Virus record (IMG/VR): IMGVR_UViG_3300032167_000096
Location: 1-64,000 of that record
DNA length: 64,000 bases
DNA from: an uncultured virus (IMG/VR IMGVR_UViG_3300032167_000096)
Taxonomy: Duplodnaviria; Heunggongvirae; Uroviricota; Caudoviricetes
Reading direction: 5' to 3' (one strand)
The translations under genes and the position numbers were made by a program. Position 1 is the stretch's first letter, and every line of letters begins with the position of its first letter. Below the pieces are notes generated by a model, which worked only from the letters and a program-made list of their open reading frames with translations, did no database searches and was not told where the DNA came from. Below are positions 38,869-47,829 of the stretch, in pieces.

Positions 38869-40974
38869 TTATTTATTTTCTTCTGCTGCAGGTTCAGCAT
38901 TTCCTTTACCATCAGCAGTTGCTTTTTTCTTAGGTCCATTCTTAGAAACATGCTGTTTAATAATCCACATAAATTCATTAGTAATGAATTCAGTAGCCGT
39001 GGCCTTTGCAAGCATAATAGCTTTACATGCATTCATATAATTCTTAAATGCAGCGGCTTTATCTTTTTCACCGTTATCCTTGGACTCAGCATTTCCAGTA
39101 GCAGCTCCAGCGTTTCCTTCATTATTTTTCTCTTCAGATCCACCTTCAAATTCGGCCTCTGTAAACCATCTATCATACAGATAGGAGTAGTACATAGACT
39201 CCTGTTTAGCATCAGTGTTATCGGCCTGTGCACTAGCAGCAGCCTGACCCATTGTAGAACCAAGTGCCTGTCTAGCATCTGCTTCTAACTTTGAAAGTTC
39301 TGCTTTAACAGTTGCCTGAATTGCTTTAGCATTATTAATAAATCTAATCATTTCATCTTTAGATCCATTAACTTTATCTGCAGGAATGGTGATTTCAGGA
39401 TATTTATCTTTAGGCATTTTACCACCAAAGTATCCTTTACAATACTCCGAAATACTAATCTCATCATCCCATTTCAATCCCTGCCTAAGACCGCTATTCA
39501 TGCTACTAAGCATAAACTTTTCAAAGACAGCTCTGTCACTATCGCATTCCTTCATACGATTATAATCAAATGAGAAATTAGATTTGGTCTGAACTCTCTG
39601 AGCTCCATTAAATACATCTCCACTTGCAATAAGATTTGATGTGAAATTGAAAGGCTTAGCAATTGTTTCTTTATTATCATTAAGATACTTAAGATGAAGT
39701 TTATTACCGCCTATTAGCTTATTAATAAACTCATTAATAATTCTCTTAATAGTAGCAAGAATATTCTGAATCTTGTTTCCAGCCTTCTCTTCAGCTTCTT
39801 CACGCATAGCAATAAGTTTTCTCCAGGTATCTGCAGAATTTTCAGCCATAATCGAAGCTTCAAGGCAAGCAACATTTCTTCTAAATTCAAGCATTTCAGA
39901 TGCTGCAGCATAACATTCAGCTGTAAGCTCAAGATCCATCCATTCAGTAGGATTAAAATCGTTGATATCATCATTTGTGAATAGGGTATCGCCATCAAAT
40001 GTTTCACCATGAATAGAAGCTGACTCTTTCACATTGCGAGTAAATTTATTAGCAGCTTTATTAGCATAGCTAATGAACATATTCGTCTTCTTAACAATCT
40101 CATTGCAATACCAAGTCCAGGACTTAACAAGACTATCAAGCATAGCTACAAGCTTTTGAGCATTTTCCCTCTGATCAGCCCCGATGTTATCTGCATTCTT
40201 TACTCTATTACGGCAGCGTTCAAGTTCTTTGGTAATAGCATCAAGGCATTTAGCTGTATCCTGCTCTGTAAGAGGAGTTTTAGAAATATCGAAATAATGA
40301 TCTGCGAATTCCTTTACAGTTGCCTCTTTCTTTTCAGCCCAAATCATATCGGCAGTAATAAATGCTTTAAACATTTCATGGTTAATAACTGTTTCATTAT
40401 AGGTATTACGACTTCTATTTTTGGAGATAAGCCTAACCATAGCGATATATGCAGTTTCAACAAGAGAATTATCTGCATCAACAGAACTGCCGTTACAAAT
40501 ATTATCAATCTGCATTGTAATATTTTGAGATGCAGCTCTTATAGACGAATCATCAATTTTACATGGAATATGATAGAAAATAAAATTGTACTTCTTATCG
40601 CTATAGATAGCATTACCACGTCTAATAGCACTCTTATTAGCCTCGTAATTTCTACGGGCATTTTTATCATGGGCTCCTCTAAACAAGCCTACTATTTTCT
40701 TAATAAAATCAATAATAGCCTGAATAGCTTTAGCAATAAAATCTCTAACCCCAGAAATAATGCCTTCATGAACTACAAGAGATGTAGATTCATTTAAAGC
40801 CTGTTCTTTAAGAGATCTATAATAATTAATTTTTTCATCGACATCAATAGTTTGCATTTCAAAGTTATGCTCAAAAATTGCTTCCATATATGTCGATACA
40901 GGATCTTTCTTTAATACATTTTCAGTCAATGCCTTATCTTTGGGCATTGAGCTTAGGAATATTGAATTAAACAT
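38869..40974 (-). CDS. Putative internal head/virion protein
   Basis: Late promoter at 41002-41013; several xxES/EA sites; helical IISGVRDFIAKAIQAIIDFIKKIVG motif shared with neighbours. Confidence 0.55.
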   Translation of the reverse strand: MFNSIFLSSMPKDKALTENVLKKDPVSTYMEAIFEHNFEMQTIDVDEKINYYRSLKEQALNESTSLVVHEGIISGVRDFIAKAIQAIIDFIKKIVGLFRGAHDKNARRNYEANKSAIRRGNAIYSDKKYNFIFYHIPCKIDDSSIRAASQNITMQIDNICNGSSVDADNSLVETAYIAMVRLISKNRSRNTYNETVINHEMFKAFITADMIWAEKKEATVKEFADHYFDISKTPLTEQDTAKCLDAITKELERCRNRVKNADNIGADQRENAQKLVAMLDSLVKSWTWYCNEIVKKTNMFISYANKAANKFTRNVKESASIHGETFDGDTLFTNDDINDFNPTEWMDLELTAECYAAASEMLEFRRNVACLEASIMAENSADTWRKLIAMREEAEEKAGNKIQNILATIKRIINEFINKLIGGNKLHLKYLNDNKETIAKPFNFTSNLIASGDVFNGAQRVQTKSNFSFDYNRMKECDSDRAVFEKFMLSSMNSGLRQGLKWDDEISISEYCKGYFGGKMPKDKYPEITIPADKVNGSKDEMIRFINNAKAIQATVKAELSKLEADARQALGSTMGQAAASAQADNTDAKQESMYYSYLYDRWFTEAEFEGGSEEKNNEGNAGAATGNAESKDNGEKDKAAAFKNYMNACKAIMLAKATATEFITNEFMWIIKQHVSKNGPKKKATADGKGNAEPAAEENK

Positions 40975-41088
40975 AGCTGTATACCTCACTTTTAATTCGT
41001 TTATTTATAAGTTCGGCTAATAAAGAAGAGCACCGTAGGATTTCTCCTACGGTGCCTTTATTTTAATCTAGTTTAAGCTAGAATTATA

Positions 41089-42246
41089 TTAGAGAATGGT
41101 AATGCCACCGAAGATAGTAGCGGACTCGTTCTTAGCGCCCTTCTCAGCCTTCTTTGCAGCCTTATCATCCTTACCAGCCTGGCTGTAGAACTTGTGAGCA
41201 AGTGCACGAGCCTGAGCTCTCTTAGCACGAGCCATCTTCATGTATACAGCATAGGTAGCATGGAGTGCATTCTTCTCGAACTTAACTGCAGAGATACCAG
41301 GAATGCAAACACCGGCAACAATACCAGCATAGGACTTTTCATGGCCTTCCTTTTCCCACTTAGTAATGATAGCAAGGCTCTCCTTGTAGCTCTTCTTGAT
41401 CTCATTGTAGGTTGCACGAATGGTAGCAGTCTCTCTATCGTTCTTAAGAATATCGATAACATCGCTAGCCTTAACCTTACCCTTAAGATCAACCTTCTCA
41501 CCACGGATCTTCTTAACAAGCTCAGTGGTCATATCTTCGATGCTTCCAGCATCAACACCAGCAACGGTCTTAATGATATGACCACGCATATCCTCACCAT
41601 TACCAGTAACCTTGAGGACATCTGCACGAGCTTCCTCAAGAGTAGCACCCTTAGCTGCAGCAGCAATAGCCTTCTCTACAGCATCGGTATACTTCTTTGC
41701 ACTGTGAAGTGCATCAGAGTTCTGAAGATGGCCAAACTTCTTAAGGTCTTCGCCATAAACATAACCCTTAGCTTCCCAAGCACCCTCAGCACCCTTAAGG
41801 ATTTCCTTCTCGTGCTTGGTAACAAACTTCTTGTCAAGCTTAGCCTGAACATCCATCTTGGAAAGAACAGTCTTAACTGCCTTAGTGATAGATGCGAACA
41901 TCTTCGCAAGCATATCCTTGACCTTCTGGAAGAAGCCCTTAACGTCAGCAGCCTCCATAACGAGCTCACGACCCATAGCAGCTTCTCTGAGCTCAGCAAC
42001 TCCAATAGCACTCATAATAGAGTTGAAGTTATACTCGCTCTCAAACATGATGTTGAATGCCTCCTCGATAGGATCACCAACGGTGCCCTCCTCAGCAGCC
42101 TCAACCTCGTCAGCATGTGCCTCGATACCTTCATCGCCGGCAATATCCTTCTCGACCTGGTCGAGATCTACGCCAACTTCATCGGGAGTCTGAATTGCAT
42201 CCTCAATAGCAGACTCGGTCTTAATATATCTAGAAGTATAAATCAT
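41089..42246 (-). CDS. Abundant putative internal head protein (paralog of 42265..43356)
   Basis: Extreme codon bias; acidic leader; LVMEAADVKGFFQKVKDMLAKMFASI. Confidence 0.6.
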   Translation of the reverse strand: MIYTSRYIKTESAIEDAIQTPDEVGVDLDQVEKDIAGDEGIEAHADEVEAAEEGTVGDPIEEAFNIMFESEYNFNSIMSAIGVAELREAAMGRELVMEAADVKGFFQKVKDMLAKMFASITKAVKTVLSKMDVQAKLDKKFVTKHEKEILKGAEGAWEAKGYVYGEDLKKFGHLQNSDALHSAKKYTDAVEKAIAAAAKGATLEEARADVLKVTGNGEDMRGHIIKTVAGVDAGSIEDMTTELVKKIRGEKVDLKGKVKASDVIDILKNDRETATIRATYNEIKKSYKESLAIITKWEKEGHEKSYAGIVAGVCIPGISAVKFEKNALHATYAVYMKMARAKRAQARALAHKFYSQAGKDDKAAKKAEKGAKNESATIFGGITIL

Positions 42247-42264
42247 TATAATTTTCCTCCTTCC

Positions 42265-43356
42265 TTAAGCGTTAGCAGCAGCTTCTTCGGACTCAACAGC
42301 CTCGACAGCCTGATCGATAGCATCCTGGGTATCGATATCAACCTCAACCTCAGAAGCATCGTCAAGAGCAACCTCAACCTCATCCTCAGCAACAGCAGCA
42401 GCCTCATGCTTAGCCTCAGCAGACTCCTTCTTCATCTCAGACATAGCCTGAGAAAGAGCCTTTCTGGACTGAGCAACAGTAGCCTTGGTGCAACCGATAA
42501 CGGCAGCAGTAGACGTAGCAACAACAGTCTCATAAACACTTACGAGCATGCTGATACGCTTAATGGTGCTTGCGAGAGCGGACTTATCACCGTTCTCCTT
42601 ATCAAATGCATTCTTCTCCTCAGCCTTAAGACCAGCCTCAAGAGCGCCCATGCACTTGTCAATATACTTTTCGTTCTCCTTAAGACCCTTGATCGTGTCA
42701 GGAGCGCTAGAAATACGCTTCTTAAGATCATCGATCTGTGCAGCAGTAACGTCAGTGGGAACCATGCACTTCTCAACTGCCTTCTTCTTGAAGTCAGCAG
42801 GAGTGAGATCGCCCTTCTCACCAAGGCACTCACCAAGAGCAGCGCCAAGAACATAAGCCTTCTCAGTACCCTCTTCACCCTTAAATGCCTTAATGGTGCC
42901 ATCGATAGTATCGTAAGTCGGAATAGTGATACCGCCATTGTAGAGCTTAACGCCTTCGATCTTTCCAGCAAACTTACCGTACTTCTTCTCAGCAGCCTCA
43001 AACTCAGCTACAAAAGCCTTACCATCCTTAAGAACGTATGCAGCAAGCTTATTGACAGCTGCCTTGATAGCGCCCTTAATCTTAGCCCAGAACTTCTTAA
43101 CTCTTTCAGCCATTCCCTTGAAGAACTCCTTAGCGGAAGCTTCATTGAGAGCAGCTACTTCAGCCTCGAGAAGAGTACCTTCACGAAGGCCCTTAATCTC
43201 ATTGAAATCCGATGCAATTACAGCCTCGAAAAATGCCATATCATTCACAGCAGACTCATAGAGAATACGTCCAATATCATTGGATTTGTAGCTCTCATTT
43301 GCAACAAGAGTTGCAGTGGTAGCTACACCAGTTCTATTGTTAGAATAAATAGACAT
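42265..43356 (-). CDS. Abundant putative internal head protein (paralog of 41089..42246)
   Basis: Late promoter at 43415-43426; LNEASAKEFFKGMAERVKKFWAKI; extreme codon bias. Confidence 0.6.
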   Translation of the reverse strand: MSIYSNNRTGVATTATLVANESYKSNDIGRILYESAVNDMAFFEAVIASDFNEIKGLREGTLLEAEVAALNEASAKEFFKGMAERVKKFWAKIKGAIKAAVNKLAAYVLKDGKAFVAEFEAAEKKYGKFAGKIEGVKLYNGGITIPTYDTIDGTIKAFKGEEGTEKAYVLGAALGECLGEKGDLTPADFKKKAVEKCMVPTDVTAAQIDDLKKRISSAPDTIKGLKENEKYIDKCMGALEAGLKAEEKNAFDKENGDKSALASTIKRISMLVSVYETVVATSTAAVIGCTKATVAQSRKALSQAMSEMKKESAEAKHEAAAVAEDEVEVALDDASEVEVDIDTQDAIDQAVEAVESEEAAANA

Positions 43357-43454
43357 GAGTAAAATCCTCCTTTTAGATTTAACCTATAAACTTTTGTTTT
43401 GTTTATTGAGATTTTATTATAATGTTTGCATTTAACTTCTTAAAGCAAACCTTA

Positions 43455-44657
43455 TTAGAACAACGCAGAGCCGGTATTAGGCATCTCGATGCCATCATCT
43501 CCAAGCTTCATCTTTCTAGATTCAGCTGTAATGGCTTTAGTGCTTTCAACTTCAGCTTTACGTCCAGTGAAGGAAATCTTATTTGCAATCTTTCTAAAGA
43601 GTTCAGCAATCTTAAGCTGCTTAGAAACGATACGCTCCTTTTCATCTTCACTCTTGGCTTCATTGCTCTCCACGTTATGAGCATTCATCTGGAGAAGGTC
43701 AGCCTGTATATCGAAGAAATCGGAAACCCTCATTCTAGTATAATAGAAGAAGAATACCATTTCTCTTAAAAGAGGAATAATGCACTTCATAATAAGCAAG
43801 AAGATACCTCCGGCTGCAACAATGGAAACGGCACCAAGACCGAAAACAAGCCCAGCGGATTCTGCCATCTTGTCAACTCTGTGCTGAATAACATGCTCCA
43901 TTGCCTTATCAAATTCTCCAGATTTACAAATCTTATTGAATTTCTTAAGGTTAGAATAGAGCATATTATTCTTTGTTTTGGTGAATGCAACCTTGTCGAG
44001 AGTAATTTGGAAAGAATCTCTATTAGGAGTCTTCATAAACTCGATACAAGTAGCAATCATGTAGGAAACCGAGCTGATAATAGTCAGCACAATGTTATTA
44101 TACATAACAATCGGCATTTCTACGTTATATTTAAAAGCTCTTCCGAAGAGATCTTTACGGCCTCTGACATTATCAATAGCCATGGAAATCTCGTCGATCG
44201 GGCTGGTATCCTGCTTGAACTCAACAAGGATATCACGAAGAAGAGTAGTACACTCAACAAGCTTATCATAGTTGGTCAACTCAGTAATATCACCCTTAGA
44301 ATTGGGAATATCGCCATAGTCGATATCATCAATCTTAGAAATGATATTGTCATAAAGTTTAGATGTAAGAGTAGCAAGAAGGCCTCCCTGCTCAGCTTCA
44401 TCCAAAGACATTAAACGTTTACGGGTTTCTCTATCAGTGATATCGAAATGCTCAGTAAACGTAGCCATGATTTTAGGATCTCTGAAGAAATTCTTATAAT
44501 CCTTATCAGCTTCAAGGCCAATAGCATCAGGATCAAATCCATAAAACTTTTCGAGAGTCATAGGCTCATCTTCAGTATGGAAATGATTTTCAGTTTCGAA
44601 AGCAGCTGCCTCCTGAACAGGAGTTACAGGCTCTCTTTTCTTAGAAGAATAAATCAT
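43455..44657 (-). CDS. Putative virion structural protein
   Basis: MIYSS leader like neighbours; hydrophobic segment after MAESA. Confidence 0.55.
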   Translation of the reverse strand: MIYSSKKREPVTPVQEAAAFETENHFHTEDEPMTLEKFYGFDPDAIGLEADKDYKNFFRDPKIMATFTEHFDITDRETRKRLMSLDEAEQGGLLATLTSKLYDNIISKIDDIDYGDIPNSKGDITELTNYDKLVECTTLLRDILVEFKQDTSPIDEISMAIDNVRGRKDLFGRAFKYNVEMPIVMYNNIVLTIISSVSYMIATCIEFMKTPNRDSFQITLDKVAFTKTKNNMLYSNLKKFNKICKSGEFDKAMEHVIQHRVDKMAESAGLVFGLGAVSIVAAGGIFLLIMKCIIPLLREMVFFFYYTRMRVSDFFDIQADLLQMNAHNVESNEAKSEDEKERIVSKQLKIAELFRKIANKISFTGRKAEVESTKAITAESRKMKLGDDGIEMPNTGSALF

Positions 44658-44677
44658 AGTCTATATCCTCCTTTCAG

Positions 44678-46057
44678 TTAGCGAGCAACTTTTGTCATAA
44701 GATTGACAACGCGCTTATAAGTATTGTCGGAAGACTCTCTTTCAAGATGAGTGAACGAGATGGTCTCCCAAGTAGGATCTTCTTCATCGTAAATGAACTT
44801 CGCTACTTCAAGCGATTCATCAACAATGCAGATGCACATAAGATTTAGCGAATCAAAGAGACCAAGTACAGTGCTGATTCTCTCAAGATCTGCCAAATTA
44901 TTCTTACGAAGATACTCAACCTCTTCCTGAGATACAACAAGAGTAGTGATAGCAGCAGAGCTGTTATTATCTCTCATAGCTCTCTTAAGTCTGGAGACAG
45001 TTGCACGACGCTCAAGAACTTTCCACATCTTATCAGAAGTGCTCTTACGAGTAGAAAGAGACATGGCATCGATTTTAGCTTTATCAATGGCAAGGACAAA
45101 GTCTTTCATAAACGATGTTTCTCTAGTAGTAGCTCTAAAGAAATTAGTCAGCCAATTCTTAGACTGAGCTTTGTCAGCAATATGAGTTACAATGTCATCA
45201 GAACCGACAGGGTACAACTTTGCTTTAACTCCAACAATTGCATTTGTATAATCATGAACAATCGGAGCAGAAAGTTTATTTCCTTCATCATCGGTATCTT
45301 TATATGCTTTGAAATTAACTACAAGGCTAGTGGGCATAAGCTCATTTGCCTTCTTATAATCAGAATCAAGAACTTGATTCTTGAATACGTCATTCTGAGA
45401 CTTAGCAATATCTGCAAGTCCAGAAGCTTTCTTGATTTCAGAACCTCCAACTTTATCAGCTTCAGTTCCTCCATCTACATTTGCTTTACCGCTTGCTTTA
45501 TCTGCACTTCCATCTTCATAAATGATATACTCATTAAGAGAAGATTCGTTAACGGATGTAGGCAAATAACAATTAAGATTATTTCTAAGATCATTCTTAA
45601 CAGCAGACTCATATGCATAAATCTGACCAGCACTAAGTGCCGATTCATTTCTAGCATCAATTCTAGTCGCTACATCAAAAACATCATCCAAAGAAGCTAC
45701 TTTAGAAGAAATATTCTTATGGAAAAGACCAATATAGTCATGCACATTTTCAGCATCGGTAATCTGCCATGCAGCAAATAGTCTCTGAAGCATCGATACG
45801 GCGTTCTTCTCAACTGCTTTACTAATCATGGATGCGGTTTCTATGCTAATGCCACGGCTACAAATTACAGGAAATACCATGACAAGATTAGAATTAGCCT
45901 TAGCTATAGAAGTCGAATTCATTTTGCCAAGAGGGCTATTGGACTTATCGCTAAACTTCTTATCTTTAATCTCGTCTTTCATAGATTTGAAACCATCCCA
46001 AAGATCCATAATGTCCTTCAGAAAGGTCTCATGAATGGCTTTGCAATCTTTATTCAT
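44678..46057 (-). CDS. Putative virion structural protein
   Basis: Start chosen from AGGAGG RBS; late promoter at 46088-46099; LVMVFPVICS, ANELMPT, VGVKAKL motifs. Confidence 0.55.
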   Translation of the reverse strand: MNKDCKAIHETFLKDIMDLWDGFKSMKDEIKDKKFSDKSNSPLGKMNSTSIAKANSNLVMVFPVICSRGISIETASMISKAVEKNAVSMLQRLFAAWQITDAENVHDYIGLFHKNISSKVASLDDVFDVATRIDARNESALSAGQIYAYESAVKNDLRNNLNCYLPTSVNESSLNEYIIYEDGSADKASGKANVDGGTEADKVGGSEIKKASGLADIAKSQNDVFKNQVLDSDYKKANELMPTSLVVNFKAYKDTDDEGNKLSAPIVHDYTNAIVGVKAKLYPVGSDDIVTHIADKAQSKNWLTNFFRATTRETSFMKDFVLAIDKAKIDAMSLSTRKSTSDKMWKVLERRATVSRLKRAMRDNNSSAAITTLVVSQEEVEYLRKNNLADLERISTVLGLFDSLNLMCICIVDESLEVAKFIYDEEDPTWETISFTHLERESSDNTYKRVVNLMTKVAR

Positions 46058-46170
46058 AGAAGATGTGACCTCCTTCTTATAAATTTTTAATTGTATGTTC
46101 AAGGCTAAAAAATAAAAAATAAAGGGCAATTGAACCACCTGAGGAACTATCAATACAAATTAGATTCATA

Positions 46171-46515
46171 TTAATTTAGTTTCTCATTAAAATAGATAAT
46201 TGGACTTATCAATTGGTTTGTAGTCGGAATTTCCGACACCATTCGCATGTTTGGATGGGCCGCATTCATTAATGCAAGAGATAATCCACTAATACTATTG
46301 GCTAGATTATTTATAGCTTGAACTTTTTGTCCAACCATCTCTCTTTCAAACTCCTGTTCTCTATCAAGACGATATTTTAGTTGTTCTCGCTCAAAATTCT
46401 CCGATCTAGTAATAAGTGTATCTTCTCTATTATATAACTTCTGCTGCTCCATTTCCTCTTCATTTCGAATTAGCTGTAGAAGTCCGCCTTGCATTGCTTT
46501 TACTTTTCGTCCCAT
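46171..46515 (-). CDS. Hypothetical coiled-coil protein
   Basis: 114-aa ORF, AGGAG RBS, early motif at 46626-46635. Confidence 0.6.
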   Translation of the reverse strand: MGRKVKAMQGGLLQLIRNEEEMEQQKLYNREDTLITRSENFEREQLKYRLDREQEFEREMVGQKVQAINNLANSISGLSLALMNAAHPNMRMVSEIPTTNQLISPIIYFNEKLN

Positions 46516-46706
46516 TCAAGTTCACTCCTTAAAGAATTTAATTTGGTTTGTTTCATATAAAGTGAGTAGAGGAGTAGAAACTTGTAAGCGTAGTTGCTCG
46601 GCATTCTTTCCCTTTATTTCATATTTATATTATATTATTATGCCTTATTTTAACCTCGCAACATCAAATTAATGAAATATAACGCTTTGAAAGGAGGATT
46701 ATTTCA

Positions 46707-47810
46707 ATGGCTTATAAATCCCAGACTTTCAAAAATAATGAGAATCTAAGCATTTTTACCAATCCAGATGATATAAGTCTTAGTGGAAATGCAAAACAAA
46801 AAGCAGAAAAGAAACGCTTAAAAGCTGAGACTCAGCAAATAAGTAATCTTATACTGTCTCATGGAATTGTCGATAGATATAATATGGATTGGACACACAA
46901 ATTCTCCAGATTTGGTGTTCTTGACCCATTTAATACTCTTACAAATACAAGAGAGTATCTATTCTTTACAAAGCCTGATTTATGCCTATTAACAACGCAA
47001 ATAAAAAATGCTACTAATAGTGCATATTGGCCTTTGACTAAAGTTCTTTCGAATAATGCATTCTTTGTAGATGCTATTAATCGTTATAGAGATATGGCTG
47101 AACAACTACAGTCTTCCTATAAACAAGATTATCCATTTATGAATGTATTATCGAATAGCGTTACCTCGACTCTTGACCTTCCTGGACTTAGTGCTGAAAA
47201 CATTGAATCGGCTGGAAACGTTATGGGAACCAAGATTAACTATAGAGGTACTTCTTATAAGTCTGATGAGGACTTTGATTTTAATCTTGAATTTGAAGAT
47301 ACTAAGCGTCTTGATATTTATATGCTTTTCAAAATGTACGACGAATATGAGAAGCTTAAATGGAATGGTGCTATCGATTTTGTAAATGCAGAAACCGATA
47401 GATGGAAAAATTATATTCTAAATAGAGTTCTGCATGATCAATTTAGTATCTATAAGATAGTCGTTGGTGAAGATGGCTATCGTATTGTTTACTTTGCTAG
47501 AATCACTGGTTGTTATCCTACTAGTATTCCTAGAGATGCTTTTAGCGATATGAATAGAATTAGTGAAGCTGGTCAAAAACTTACAGTTGGCTTTAAAGGC
47601 CATTTTGTAAGAGACATGGATCCTATTATTCTAAGTCAATTTAATAAACTCTCTCTTGCATATAAAAAGGGTACGCTTAAAGGAACTAAAGAATCTCCTT
47701 TGTTTGATACTACTATTCATGCAATTAATGGAGAGTGGCCTAGAACGCCATATATTCATACACAAGTTATCAATGGCCGTCGTGAGTATTTCCTCAGATG
47801 GGTTAATTGA
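46707..47810 (+). CDS. Tail tube-like/baseplate protein
   Basis: YLFFTKPDL and YFARITGCYPTSIP resemble tail-tube-fold proteins; late promoter at 46660-46671. Confidence 0.55.
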   Translation: MAYKSQTFKNNENLSIFTNPDDISLSGNAKQKAEKKRLKAETQQISNLILSHGIVDRYNMDWTHKFSRFGVLDPFNTLTNTREYLFFTKPDLCLLTTQIKNATNSAYWPLTKVLSNNAFFVDAINRYRDMAEQLQSSYKQDYPFMNVLSNSVTSTLDLPGLSAENIESAGNVMGTKINYRGTSYKSDEDFDFNLEFEDTKRLDIYMLFKMYDEYEKLKWNGAIDFVNAETDRWKNYILNRVLHDQFSIYKIVVGEDGYRIVYFARITGCYPTSIPRDAFSDMNRISEAGQKLTVGFKGHFVRDMDPIILSQFNKLSLAYKKGTLKGTKESPLFDTTIHAINGEWPRTPYIHTQVINGRREYFLRWVN

Positions 47811-47829
47811 TGGAAGGAGGAAATAACGT

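Noticed and set aside
41194..43362. 722-aa plus-strand ORF
   Set aside because: Antisense shadow of two strongly codon-biased genes; Ser/Leu-rich, with no RBS, promoter or recognisable motif.
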